Below, one piece after another: positions 1 through 9,480 of a stretch of 64,000 nt of DNA. Made by a program: the position numbers and the translations under genes. The stretch is from an uncultured Actinomycetota bacterium (lineage in GTDB: Bacteria; Actinomycetota; Actinomycetes; Propionibacteriales; Propionibacteriaceae). The DNA lies in contig CAVXAP010000030.1 of assembly GCA_963759635.1 (NCBI GenBank), forward strand, positions 142,149-206,148. The letters run 5' to 3'. The notes beneath the pieces are model-generated. The model was not told where the DNA came from. It searched no databases and was given only the letters and a program-made list of their open reading frames with translations. Positions within the stretch are counted from its first letter, which is position 1; every line of letters starts with the position of its first letter.

Positions 1-1599
1 CAGCTGGTTTGGACTCCGGTGGGTGAGGCAGTGATCACCGGCACCGGTTATCGCCCCGAGGGTGACGTGATGCGGGACAGGCGCAGGCTTCGAGCAGCCG
101 ATGCCACGGACTTGTCGGCACTCTTGCGAGCCGGTGCTCTGTGCACTGATGCGACCGTCCGCCCTCCGGATTCGGAACATCCCGAGGGTCAGGTCATGGG
201 CGACCCGACGGAGGCCGCCTTGATCATCGCGGCGGAGAAGCTGGGCCTGCAACATGCTGCACTTGTTGACGCCTTCCCGCGGGTCGATGAGTTTCCCTTT
301 GACAGTCTCCGGAAACGGATGACCACGGTGCACCGCCAGCCAGACGGCTATCTGGTGGTCTGCAAGGGCGCTCCGGAATTCCTCTTGCACAGCGATGTCG
401 TCGCGACCGAGGACGCCGTGTTGAAAACCGCCCTGGCCAAGGCACATGAGAACGCAGGCCTCGGACTGCGTGTTCTCGCGGTCGCGGCCGGGGAGTTCCC
501 GCGCCGGCCGGCTTCGGCCGCCGAAGCCGAGAGCAATCTGCAGCTGCTGGGTTTGGTAGGCATCGCAGATCCGGCTAGGCCGTCGGCGCGGGCCACTATT
601 GCGGCGTTCCGTACCGCCGGCATAACTCCCATCCTGATCACTGGTGATCATCCAGCGACGGCAAGCGCCATTGCGACTGAGGTCGGCATCGCCACCGGAC
701 CCGACCAGGTGGTCGATGGGCGCTCAATAACTCCCGGTGATCAAGATCGACTTCTGCTCACGCCGGTCGTAGCGCGCGCCACTCCCGAACAGAAACTGGC
801 CATCATCGACGCCCGACAGCGTGCCGGCGAGATCGTCGCCATGACGGGCGACGGAGTCAACGACGGGCCGGCACTCCGGCATGCTGACATCGGCGTGGCG
901 ATGGGCCAGCGGGGAACAGAGGTTGCCAGGCAGGCTGCCGACTTGGTGCTCGCAGACGATGAGTTGAGCACAATGGTCGCCGCTATCTCAGAGGGTCGCC
1001 GAATTTACGACAATGTGCGGCGGTTCCTGCTCTTCGGGATGTCTGGTGGCGCCGCCGAAATCATGGTGATGTTGGTTGGGCCATTCCTAGGCATGCCACT
1101 TCCGCTGCTGCCCGCCCAAATTCTGTGGATCAACCTGCTGACGCATGGTTTGACGGGTGTCGCGCTCGGCGCTGAGCCGGCTGACAAGGGAGTGATGCAG
1201 CGGCCACCGCGTCCTCCTGCCGAGAGCGTTCTCGGCGCTGGTCTGTGGAAGCGCATCCTGCGCATGGCCGTCCTGATCACGGCAGTAAGCCTCGCCGTCG
1301 CACTCTGGGGTCTCCTGACCGGTCGGGAGTGGCAAACCATGGCCTTTCTCACCTTGGGCACGATGCAGCTCAGTGTCGCGATCGCTCTTCGAGGCCGACC
1401 GGGAACACGGGCGAATCCATTCCTGCTGATTGCTGTCGGCGTCGCCTGGCTGCTGCAGCTCGCCGCGGTGTACGTGCCGCCGTTAGCCGCACTCTTGGGT
1501 ACCCAACCGCTTCCGCTACGCGACCTAGCAGTTGTCGCTGGGCTCTCAGTGCTGGGTTACGCCGGCATCCGATTGGACCGCAAACTGCATCCGCGATAG
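1..1599 (+). CDS. P-type cation-transporting ATPase, C-terminal ~530 aa (5' end outside window); P2A / CtpF-like
   Basis: Frame open from base 1. Motifs ITGDHPATA, MTGDGVNDGPAL (GDGxNDxP hinge), EGRRIYDN and PAQILWINL, plus C-terminal TM helices. The DKTGT site would lie upstream of the window. Confidence 0.85.
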   Translation, partial: QLVWTPVGEAVITGTGYRPEGDVMRDRRRLRAADATDLSALLRAGALCTDATVRPPDSEHPEGQVMGDPTEAALIIAAEKLGLQHAALVDAFPRVDEFPFDSLRKRMTTVHRQPDGYLVVCKGAPEFLLHSDVVATEDAVLKTALAKAHENAGLGLRVLAVAAGEFPRRPASAAEAESNLQLLGLVGIADPARPSARATIAAFRTAGITPILITGDHPATASAIATEVGIATGPDQVVDGRSITPGDQDRLLLTPVVARATPEQKLAIIDARQRAGEIVAMTGDGVNDGPALRHADIGVAMGQRGTEVARQAADLVLADDELSTMVAAISEGRRIYDNVRRFLLFGMSGGAAEIMVMLVGPFLGMPLPLLPAQILWINLLTHGLTGVALGAEPADKGVMQRPPRPPAESVLGAGLWKRILRMAVLITAVSLAVALWGLLTGREWQTMAFLTLGTMQLSVAIALRGRPGTRANPFLLIAVGVAWLLQLAAVYVPPLAALLGTQPLPLRDLAVVAGLSVLGYAGIRLDRKLHPR

Positions 1600-1609
1600 G
1601 TACGCCCCC

Positions 1610-3955
1610 TCAGGACCGGCCGTGGAATCCGTGCAGCCGATGTCGCGGAGAAATCGTGGGGGCGGCTGCTCGCCACGGGGCAGTGGCGGCCAGCAGGATG
1701 CGGCGCTCCGCGCCGGCGATGATGTCGCGCACCTGGTGCACCACGTCCGGATTCACTGAGATCGACGTAATACCGAGCTGCACCAGCTTCTCGGCGTACT
1801 CAGGTCGGTCAGACGGTGCCTGCCCGCAGAGCGACGAGCTGATGCCGGCCTCTTGGCAGGCGCCGATGATGCGAGCGATGGCGTCGAGTACGGCCGGGTC
1901 GGCCTCGTCGAACAGCTCCGCGCAGACCTCTGAATCCCGATCCACCCCGAGCATCAGCTGGGTGAGATCGTTGCTGCCGATCGAGACCCCTTCGATGCCC
2001 ATCTCGGCGTACGTGGGGATCCAGTAGGCCACTGAGGGAACCTCGGCCATCACCCAGATCGGAAGGCCGGCAGCGCGGGGATGCGCCTGCACGATGCTGA
2101 GGCAGCGCTCCAGCTCCCATGCCGTCCGGACGAAGGGGATCATGAGGCGGAGGTTGTGGGTGGCATCGGCCACCCGACCGAGCACATCCAGCTCGAGATT
2201 GAACAAGTCGTGCTCGCGAGTGTAGCGATAGCACCCGCGGTAGCCGATCATGGGATTTGCCTCGTGCGGTTCGTACGCCTCCCCGCCCTGCAAGCCGCGA
2301 AACTCGCTGGTCCGGAAATCGATGCTGCGGTAGACAACTGGGCGAGGCGCGAAGGCGCGGGTGATCTGCAGCAGGGATTCTGACATGGCGTCGATGAAGC
2401 GATCTTGCTGACCGAGTTCGATCAACCGTCGCGGGTGGACGCCGTTCAGGGCGTCGGCCACCATGAATTCGGCTCGGAGCAGGCCGACGCCGTCCACCGG
2501 CAGTGCAGCGACTTCTTCGGCATGCTCGGCGACGGCCAAGTTGACATACAGCCTGGTCGCCAGGGGTGAAACGGGTTCCGGAAGCGGTTGGGACGGTCTC
2601 TGAACGGTGATCGGGGCCGCCGCGCCGGCATACACCTTGCCGGTTCGACCGTCGACGGTAACCTCTTCCCCGCTGTGCAGCATGGTGGTGGCATTCCCGG
2701 TACCGACGACGCAGGGTACCCGAAGCTCACGCGAGACGATCGCAGCGTGACAGGTCACGCCGCCTCCGTCGGTGATCAACGCGGCCGCCCGGCGCATCGC
2801 CGGCACCCAGTCCGGACTCGTCATCTCGGCGACCAGGACTTCGCCATGCACGAACTCGCTTTGCTGCTTGGGAGAGGTGAGGATCCGCACCCGCCCTGAC
2901 GCGCGTCCTGCAGAGGCTGCCAAGCCGGAGAGTAGGAGGGTCGGGGCAGCCGAGGTCGTCGGGCGCGCCTCCGCAGGCGGCTGCGCGCCGAGGGTGGTGA
3001 TCGGGCGGGACTGGACTAGATAGGTGACGCCGGCCGCCCGGGCCCATTCCAGGTCTTGAGGCGAGCCGTAGTGCCGCTCAGCACGTAGTCCCAGCTCAGC
3101 AATCGCGATGATCTCAGCGTGGCTGAGGGTACGGCGGTCGACCTCAGCTTCGTCCAACGGCTGCTCGACGTCCGCACCGTCGGGGCCGCGAACGATCTTG
3201 AGCCTCTGCCTTCCCTGGCGGACCGAGATCAGCCGTGGACCGGCCTTGTCCAGGATGTAGGTATCCGGTTCGACGCGGCCGCTGACGATGGCCTCGCCCT
3301 GACCGAACACCGACTCGATGATCATCCGGTCGAGGGATCCGGTGGTCGGGTCGGCAGTGAACATCACCCCCGATACCTCGGAGAAGATCATCTTCTGGAT
3401 GATGACCGCGATCGCCGGCTCCTCGCTCAGATGTTGCTCTGCCCGGTAGGCCAGCACCCGCTCGCCGTACAGCGACGCCCAACAGTCCTTGACGCGCGCC
3501 AGCACATCGGGAAGTCCGATGACGTTGGTGAAGGTCGCATTCATGCCTGCGAACGAGCTGTCGCCAGCATCCTCGGTCGTTCCCGAGGACCGTACGGCGA
3601 CGGCGACATTGTCTCCAAGCCTGCGATAGCCGTTCTCGATGGCCTTGGCGATCTCGGCTGGGATGGGCGTAGCCATGATCTCCTCGCGTGCCGCCTCGTG
3701 GGTCTCGGTAAGGGAGCTGTGATCGTCGGCATTGAGCCCGCTCAGCAGCCGGGCGAGGCGCGCCCGCGCGCCCGACTCCGAGGCAGCATCCAGGTATGCA
3801 TCAGCGGTCACCACGAAGCCCGGTGGTACGGGCAATCCTGCAGTCGTCAGCTCACCGAGGTTGGCGCCCTTGCCTCCAACGAGTGCGACGTCGGCAAGAC
3901 CGATCTCCTCGAACCAGCGAATCGCTTCCATGACCAAGGCAACCTCTGTTCGCAA
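1610..3955 (-). CDS. ppsA: Phosphoenolpyruvate synthase (pyruvate, water dikinase)
   Basis: 781-aa ORF. N-terminal VGGKGANLGEL ATP-grasp signature, central phosphohistidine loop GGGVTCHAAIVSRELRVPCVVG, C-terminal PEP-utilising SIGSNDLTQL. An alternative start is at M9 (3931). Confidence 0.9.
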   Translation of the reverse strand: MRTEVALVMEAIRWFEEIGLADVALVGGKGANLGELTTAGLPVPPGFVVTADAYLDAASESGARARLARLLSGLNADDHSSLTETHEAAREEIMATPIPAEIAKAIENGYRRLGDNVAVAVRSSGTTEDAGDSSFAGMNATFTNVIGLPDVLARVKDCWASLYGERVLAYRAEQHLSEEPAIAVIIQKMIFSEVSGVMFTADPTTGSLDRMIIESVFGQGEAIVSGRVEPDTYILDKAGPRLISVRQGRQRLKIVRGPDGADVEQPLDEAEVDRRTLSHAEIIAIAELGLRAERHYGSPQDLEWARAAGVTYLVQSRPITTLGAQPPAEARPTTSAAPTLLLSGLAASAGRASGRVRILTSPKQQSEFVHGEVLVAEMTSPDWVPAMRRAAALITDGGGVTCHAAIVSRELRVPCVVGTGNATTMLHSGEEVTVDGRTGKVYAGAAAPITVQRPSQPLPEPVSPLATRLYVNLAVAEHAEEVAALPVDGVGLLRAEFMVADALNGVHPRRLIELGQQDRFIDAMSESLLQITRAFAPRPVVYRSIDFRTSEFRGLQGGEAYEPHEANPMIGYRGCYRYTREHDLFNLELDVLGRVADATHNLRLMIPFVRTAWELERCLSIVQAHPRAAGLPIWVMAEVPSVAYWIPTYAEMGIEGVSIGSNDLTQLMLGVDRDSEVCAELFDEADPAVLDAIARIIGACQEAGISSSLCGQAPSDRPEYAEKLVQLGITSISVNPDVVHQVRDIIAGAERRILLAATAPWRAAAPTISPRHRLHGFHGRS

Positions 3956-4000
3956 ATTGTCTGATGATCACAATGTCGATCAGCAAAGCGTCAGCCAGTA

Positions 4001-4014
4001 GGGTCAAAGGTCTC
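4001..4014. promoter_or_regulatory. DosR/DevR-like box candidate GGGTCAAAGGTCTC, upstream of ppsA
   Basis: 14-mer of the recurring GGGWC-N4-GWCYC pattern, 46 nt from the ppsA ORF start (70 nt from the alternative ATG). It differs at 3 of 14 positions from the box at 24012. Confidence 0.4.
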
Positions 4015-4040
4015 CATTCGGGATCGATTCGGCCACTGTT

Positions 4041-4166
4041 CCAGAAGTGGCCGTGCGGCTCAACGAGGGCCGAGCAGCCGCGCGATTCGGGACTATCGAC
4101 CCTGCCATCACCAACACTTCTTGATCACCCTGTGAGGTAGAGCTGCGGCGATTCCTGTCCACGGCT
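4041..4166 (+). repeat. Copy 1 of a ~125-bp direct repeat (duplicated promoter module)
   Basis: Aligns by eye to 4524-4652 with scattered mismatches, one 3-nt indel and one 1-nt indel. No reading frame is conserved between the copies, so it is non-coding. Confidence 0.85.
4089..4102. promoter_or_regulatory. DosR/DevR-like box candidate GGGACTATCGACCC (inside repeat copy 1)
   Basis: Identical 14-mer, with the flank ttcGGGAC, to the one at 4574. It lies between divergent ppsA and the CPBP 5' fragment. Confidence 0.45.
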
Positions 4167-4287
4167 GGCTCGGATGGCCGAAACCGAGCGGTACCGAGGA
4201 ACCCTGGCATGCGCTTCACCCCACTGGCCGACCCACGCATTGAACGGACGGCGCGAGGCCTCCTCACACCTGTTGCAGGAGGCCACC

Positions 4288-4464
4288 ATGACAACCACTA
4301 GGGCGTTCATCACGCGGCACGCGCTGCTGAGCTACTTCGCTCTCACGTTCGCTCTCTCATGGGCTGCCGTTGTCATTGTGCTCGGCGGAGTCCCTGGCCC
4401 CAAGACGCAATCCGAAGACCTGTTGCCGTTTGCGATCTTGGCGAGCCCGCTGTCCTCTTCTTAA
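4288..4464 (+). pseudogene. CPBP (CAAX-type) intramembrane protease, 5' fragment only (~58 codons)
   Basis: MTTTRAFITRHALLSYFALTFALSWAAVVIVLGG is a typical N-terminus of actinobacterial CPBP proteins. The ORF stops after 58 codons, before the EExxxR / FxxxH catalytic motifs. Confidence 0.6.
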
Positions 4465-4499
4465 CGCCGACATGGGCGGCTTAACACCGAGATGGGCGG
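4460..4499 (+). repeat. 2 x 20-bp tandem repeat at the truncation point of the CPBP fragment
   Basis: cttaacgccgacatgggcgg / cttaacaccgagatgggcgg (18 of 20 identical). The premature TAA (4462-4464) lies inside the first unit. Confidence 0.85.
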
Positions 4500-4523
4500 C
4501 CCGCCGAGGCGGTGGTGTCGGTT

Positions 4524-4652
4524 GCAGAAATGGTCGCGCGGCTCAAGAAGAGGGCCGAGCAGCGGTGCGATTCGGGACTATCGACCCTGCCCATTGCCAA
4601 TACTTCTTGATCACCCTGTGAGGTAGAGCTGCGGCGATCCCTGCCCACGGCT
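4524..4652 (+). repeat. Copy 2 of the ~125-bp direct repeat (promoter module of the Acg-type gene)
   Basis: See copy 1. It ends about 40 nt before the start codon at 4691. Confidence 0.85.
4574..4587. promoter_or_regulatory. DosR/DevR-like box candidate GGGACTATCGACCC, upstream of the Acg-type nitroreductase
   Basis: 104 nt upstream of ATG 4691. The flanks ttcGGGACTATCGACCCtg resemble the mycobacterial consensus TTSGGGACTWWAGTCCCSAA. Confidence 0.5.
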
Positions 4653-4690
4653 TGCGCCCAAGCGCCAAGCGAATATCAAGGAGTCCCAAC

Positions 4691-5683
4691 ATGTCGACTG
4701 TTCAGGAAGAGACGAAGGCGCTGTTCAGAAAGGCAGTGGAGCGGGCCAGCCTGGCACCGTCGATCCACAACACGCAGCCGTGGCACTTTGTGGTTCGACC
4801 CGACGTTCTCGAGTTGCACGCTGACGACAGTCGACAGCTCAGAGCCTTGGATCCCACTGGCCGCCAACTGGCCATCAGTTGTGGCTGTGCATTGTTCAAT
4901 GCCCGAGTTGGTTTGGCCGCCGACCGCGCCGTAGAAGTGGACCGCTTGCCGGACCCCGCCAAACCCGACTTGCTGGCGCTACTCACCGTGCTTGATGAGC
5001 CCGCCCCATGGACGCCGCTGGTCAGGCTCGACCCCATGATCGAGAGACGGCACACGAACCGCCGAGACTTCTTCGACGAGAATGTCCCTCCGGATGTCAT
5101 CTATGAGCTGATCACTGCTGCCGAGCAGGAGGAGGCGTCGTTGGTACAGGTTGTGGATCCCGAGAAGAAGCTCGCTGCAGCGCAGCTGTCGCAGGAGGCC
5201 GAGGCTATCCAGAATGCCGACCCGGGATATCAGGCGGAGCTTCAGACATGGACGACTACTGACCTGAAGAGGACCGACGGCGTTCCGGTTTACGCAATTC
5301 CGCGTACCGATGCCGGTTCCGAGCCGGAGGCTCTGATTCGCAACTTCGACGTTGCCGGACAGGGCTGGCTGCCAAGACTGAGGCAGTCAAGCCTCAACCA
5401 CTGCCTGATGGTGCTTGGGACGGCGGAATCTACCCGCTCGGCCTGGTTGCGAGCTGGCGAGGCGCTTCAGCGCATCTTGCTCGAAGCTACCCGGTTGGAT
5501 TTCGTCGTCAGTCTCGCCAGCCAGGTGGCAGAAGTGCCGTCCACACGGAACCGCCTTCGCAAGGAGCTTGATCTCGAGTTTCATCCACTTCTCTTGATGA
5601 GGATCGGCCAAGCAGCCCCAACGCCGGCCTCCAAGCGACGTGATGTGGACAAGATCATTTCGGAGGAGGAGCCTGGAGAGTGA
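4691..5683 (+). CDS. Acg-family FMN-binding nitroreductase-fold protein
   Basis: AAGGAG RBS before ATG 4691. LAPSIHNTQPWHF and RRHTNRRDF motifs, and a two-lobed ~330-aa architecture typical of Acg/Rv2032-like proteins. Confidence 0.85.
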   Translation: MSTVQEETKALFRKAVERASLAPSIHNTQPWHFVVRPDVLELHADDSRQLRALDPTGRQLAISCGCALFNARVGLAADRAVEVDRLPDPAKPDLLALLTVLDEPAPWTPLVRLDPMIERRHTNRRDFFDENVPPDVIYELITAAEQEEASLVQVVDPEKKLAAAQLSQEAEAIQNADPGYQAELQTWTTTDLKRTDGVPVYAIPRTDAGSEPEALIRNFDVAGQGWLPRLRQSSLNHCLMVLGTAESTRSAWLRAGEALQRILLEATRLDFVVSLASQVAEVPSTRNRLRKELDLEFHPLLLMRIGQAAPTPASKRRDVDKIISEEEPGE

Positions 5684-5731
5684 TCTCGCGCCGTTGACCG
5701 CCGCGCGTCGTTGATCATCTATAGGTAGTGA

Positions 5732-6193
5732 TCACTGCAGCGTTGATGCAGGAGCTGTGCCAGACTCCTCGAGATGGGCCTTGAGCCCGGTCCAGATTGC
5801 CTGTTCCTGACGGCGCCCGAGCCGAGCGACCAGAGGGCCGAGCAGCCGAAGTGGCCCGCTCGGGCTGATTTCCCAGGACCAGCTCATCCGGGTCGCTCCA
5901 CCAACAGGCTCGAAGGTTAGTCCGCCATCAACATCGACATCTGACATCGCGGTCCGTGAGCCGAATCTCCTGGGCCGCTGCAACTCCGTGACCTCGATGA
6001 GCATTTCCACCGTTCGCCGACCTGATCTTGCCGTCGCACGGAATCGCGTCCCGACCCCAATCGGCCCGTCCGTGATCTTCTCCGACTGCAGCATTCGTGG
6101 GTTGTAGATCGGTTCATTGCGTTGGTCGGCGACGAAGTCGAAAACCTCCTCGACCGGTCGCTCGATCAGAATCTCACCGCTGACTCTTGCCAC
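5732..6193 (-). CDS. SRPBCC (polyketide cyclase/dehydrase-like) family protein
   Basis: 153 aa. N-terminal IERPVEEVFDFVADQRNEPIYNP pattern typical of SRPBCC ligand-binding proteins. Confidence 0.75.
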   Translation of the reverse strand: MARVSGEILIERPVEEVFDFVADQRNEPIYNPRMLQSEKITDGPIGVGTRFRATARSGRRTVEMLIEVTELQRPRRFGSRTAMSDVDVDGGLTFEPVGGATRMSWSWEISPSGPLRLLGPLVARLGRRQEQAIWTGLKAHLEESGTAPASTLQ

Positions 6194-6602
6194 CTCAGAT
6201 TGCCGCCTTCCGGAGGAGGCGTCGATCCCTGCGGCGTGCGCTGCTCAGCCAGCGATAGCCGGCCACGCCATTCCTGGAGTCAGTAGCCTGCACGCCAATC
6301 ATTGAAGACCCCTCGATCTGCTCGGTGGACATCTCGTGATTAGTTCAATCCTCAGATCGGGGGAAGCACCAGAGGTCAACGACCCAAGATCGGGATCGCC
6401 CTCACCCACCCGCTCGCGCCTCCACCCTCATGCGACGTCAGGTGTGCGTTGCCGGCGGCGCTGTAGCTGTTCGCGTTGGGCGTGGAGGCGTCGGATGCGA
6501 GCGTTGAGTTGGGGTCGCTGATCTTGGTCGATCCACCGCGGCGGGACCCATTCCGATAGCCGGTCGACGTTGATGCGGCAGGGCTTCGCCCTCGTCGGCA
6601 GG

Positions 6603-8075
6603 CTATCTCCGGGCATCGATGACGCCCATCATTCCTTGATCTTCGTGGTCGAGTATGTGGCAGTGATAGACGGTGCGGCCGGTGAAGTCCTCGAAGGCAA
6701 TGCGCACCTTGACGTTGCTGCGGGCGGGGATGTTGACCACGTCTTGCCAGGTTGGCTCCTTGAGCTGCTGGCCGTTCTCCTCGATAAGTTGCATAGGCCA
6801 GACATGGAGGTGGATCGGGTGGTCCATAGGGGAGGTGTTTGTGACGACCCATTCCTCGATCGTCCCGACCGCCACAGTTTGGTCGATCCGGTTGGGGTCG
6901 AATTCCTTGCCGTCAATGATGAAGCGCATGGTGCCGCCACCCATGGCGTTCGCGAACGTCAGCTGGCGGCTGCGGGCGACTGACGCCTGGCGCAGGTCAC
7001 GCGGCTCGGCCTGCGCAGGGATGGGCGGCAAGGGTGTCACACCGCCGCCGGTCACGTCCAGGGTGGCGAGCAGGGTGGCACCAGCGTCGCTCCTGGCCTG
7101 CGGGTCGTCTCCCATGCGACCACGACCCATGCCCATGATGTCGCCACGGTCGTACGGCGTCGTTTCCAGCTGACCAGTGCCGGGGGCTGTCGTGACAAGC
7201 AGGTCGGCCCGGTTGCCGCTTGCCAGCACCACTTCCGTGACGTCGCGTGGGGTGGCGAAGCGGCCGGAGTCAAGGCCGAGGAGCTCCAGTCGTTGGCCTT
7301 CAAGGCGCAGCCGCAGGTAGCGAGCGGTGCAGGCGTTGACGATTCGCCAGCGCTCCCGCTCACGGGCCTGGGCTGACAGGATCGGACGGGCCTGACCGTT
7401 GACGAGCACGAGGTCGCCCTCTCGCCCTCGTATTCGAGCCATGGCCGAGGGGGGCCGGATGCTGCCGGCGGCGTTGAGAGTGATGTCGGAAATTACCAGG
7501 ACCCGTTCGCGGGTGACCGGCAACGGGCCAGATCCTCGGACTGGGTCGCTGACGATGATGGCGCCGTATAGTCCGCCGAAAATCTGGTCAGCGACCGTGC
7601 CGTGATGGTGCGGGTGATACCAGTACACGCCGGGCGGGTGATCCGGGGGCAGTTGGTAGTCGTAGTCAAAGGATGCGCCGGGCTTGACGGTGACGAAGGC
7701 GTTGTCCCCGTTGCCCTCGGGGGAGACGTGCAGGCCGTGCACATGCAGGTTGGTCGGGTTGTTGAGCCGATTGACCAGCTGGACGCTTAACCGGTCTCCG
7801 GGCTGCAGGTGCAGGGTCGGCCCGGGCAAGCCGCCGTTGTAGCTCAAAGCGGTAGCTCGCCGGCCGGCGATGCGGACCGGCCCGGCGGCCGCCTCGAGGC
7901 GCATCTGCAACAGGCCGTCGATGCTGGTGAGTACGGGTGGCTCGACCAGTTCGGCCGACGGAGTAACTCGAAACCCAGAGGAGGACTTCCAGGTCAGTCC
8001 AGCCGCGCCGGCAACCACGCTTGCCAGACCAAGTCCTGCGAGCTGAATGGCCCGGCGCCGGCTGAGGGGTTGCAT
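6603..8075 (-). CDS. Multicopper oxidase with Tat signal peptide
   Basis: N-terminal SRRRAIQLAGLGLASVVAGAAG (twin-arginine). Copper-ligand motifs LHVHGLH, WYHPHHHG, HPIHLHV and HCHILDHEDQGMM. Confidence 0.9.
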   Translation of the reverse strand: MQPLSRRRAIQLAGLGLASVVAGAAGLTWKSSSGFRVTPSAELVEPPVLTSIDGLLQMRLEAAAGPVRIAGRRATALSYNGGLPGPTLHLQPGDRLSVQLVNRLNNPTNLHVHGLHVSPEGNGDNAFVTVKPGASFDYDYQLPPDHPPGVYWYHPHHHGTVADQIFGGLYGAIIVSDPVRGSGPLPVTRERVLVISDITLNAAGSIRPPSAMARIRGREGDLVLVNGQARPILSAQARERERWRIVNACTARYLRLRLEGQRLELLGLDSGRFATPRDVTEVVLASGNRADLLVTTAPGTGQLETTPYDRGDIMGMGRGRMGDDPQARSDAGATLLATLDVTGGGVTPLPPIPAQAEPRDLRQASVARSRQLTFANAMGGGTMRFIIDGKEFDPNRIDQTVAVGTIEEWVVTNTSPMDHPIHLHVWPMQLIEENGQQLKEPTWQDVVNIPARSNVKVRIAFEDFTGRTVYHCHILDHEDQGMMGVIDARR

Positions 8076-8338
8076 CAGGCGTCCTTGCGGAGCTCCTGGA
8101 GATGTTCGCGATACTCCTCTGTGCTCAACTCACCGCGGGCGTACCGCTCATCAAGGATCCTGCGTGCCTGACCTGGCCCCGGTGGCCGGCCGCCCAGACC
8201 GGCGTAGCCGCTCCGATTGATGCCGCCGCCAAGAACACGAACCAGCACGACAACCACCAAGGTAATGCCGAGGACCACGAGTAGCCCGAACAGCCAGAAC
8301 CACCACATCCCCACTATTCCGGATCCGTTCCCCATCAC
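8075..8338 (-). CDS. SHOCT-domain membrane protein
   Basis: One N-terminal TM helix. The C-terminal ARRILDERYARGELSTEEYREHLQELR matches the SHOCT pattern. Its stop overlaps the start of the downstream oxidase (TGATG). Confidence 0.75.
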   Translation of the reverse strand: MMGNGSGIVGMWWFWLFGLLVVLGITLVVVVLVRVLGGGINRSGYAGLGGRPPGPGQARRILDERYARGELSTEEYREHLQELRKDA

Positions 8339-8481
8339 GATGATTCCTCCCTTCTAGGACGTGGGGCTTCGATTCTCGGCTGTCGCTGAGCGGGTGTCTC
8401 CAAGCCGGCGCAGAGGTCGTGATCCCGCCCTGGTTCTGCTGCTCGGACCGCCAATGATGGTCGCTGGGGGAACGCCAGGAG

Positions 8482-8772
8482 TCACCGCTTTATTAGCGCA
8501 GCCCCCGGACAGCCGGTCGCGGCGGTCACCGTCAAGATCGGCCGGTGGTCTGACACGTTCTGGGCCCGAAACGGTGGATACGGATCCGTTCCGTGGGCGC
8601 CGTACGCGTAGTGGCAGCGCAGCGCCCGGACATTGAAGTCGACGGTGCACCGCGGGCTGCGTGCGGTCGGCAAGGTCGGAAAGAGCACTGCGACCGTGAG
8701 CACGACGAACGTCAGCCCTGGAGAAGCCAATACGATGTGGAGCCGCAGAGCTAGCAAACATTTCGCAACCAC
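8482..8772 (-). CDS. Hypothetical small protein with hydrophobic N-terminus and 4 Cys
   Basis: 96-aa ORF. Third-codon positions are mostly G/C by eye, and a hydrophobic leader precedes CTVDFNVRALRCHYAYGAHG. I recognise no family. Confidence 0.3.
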   Translation of the reverse strand: MVAKCLLALRLHIVLASPGLTFVVLTVAVLFPTLPTARSPRCTVDFNVRALRCHYAYGAHGTDPYPPFRAQNVSDHRPILTVTAATGCPGAALIKR

Positions 8773-9426
8773 CCGCAGCGGCTGAGATTGCCATCCAGCC
8801 GCGCAGCCACCGGCATACGTAGATCCACGTCGTCACGATGTCTTTGCCTCCACCGTCCACCCTTCCCCGCACTCGTCATCGATCGTCAGTGGCGTTGGTC
8901 CTATCCGGCCGCGACCAACGACAGGTCTTCGGCGTGTCTGGATGACGTAAACCGAGGCTTGTCAGCACCGCGCAAGCGCTGACCATCCCCACAATCCCGG
9001 AGAACTCTCAAACGGTCTGGCTAGCGTCGAGCGGCGGTGTTGATCATGGTGGGCCTCGCGTTGAGGTCGGCTTCCTCGTTTGCGGGTGGCCTGAGTTGGT
9101 AAGGGAGCTTGTTCGGTTTGGATGGTGTCGCGTCGCAGGTGAGCCGGTCGCCCGCCTTGGTGACGATCAGCTTGAACGGCAGTGACAAGTCCCGGCAGCC
9201 GCCGATCCCGTGCAACGGAACCCTGGAACAAAGCCTGTGTCTCGAGACCGTAACCCCAAAAATGATCGCGGCGTCAGGCCGTGCGCAGGCGTCGCCGGCG
9301 GGTCAGAGGTCATGAGATGCCCGGAGTGATATCGAGCGAAGATCTCGACCTCCTGTGATGAAGCCAAAGGCGACGGACAACAATCCGCCAGCCGCTCATG
9401 CCGCCAAGCGGTGCTGTGGCTACTCA

Positions 9427-9440
9427 GAGGCGAAGGTCCC
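9427..9440. promoter_or_regulatory. Weak DosR-like box candidate GAGGCGAAGGTCCC, upstream of PaaK-like gene 1
   Basis: Perfect right half (GTCCC) and a GAAG spacer as at 51694 (reverse strand); the left half is degenerate. It lies 41 nt from ATG 9481 and 83 nt from the alternative ATG 9523. Confidence 0.25.
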
Positions 9441-9480
9441 TACCGTTGCCTAGGTTCTGGCGCTTTGCTTGGCAGACAAC

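Noticed and set aside
6428-6616. 62-codon minus-strand ORF (…WIDQDQRPQLNARIRRLHAQREQLQRRRQ) downstream of the Tat-MCO, considered as a small regulator
   Set aside because: It overlaps the MCO stop region, has no RBS or recognisable HTH, and has only moderate codon bias.
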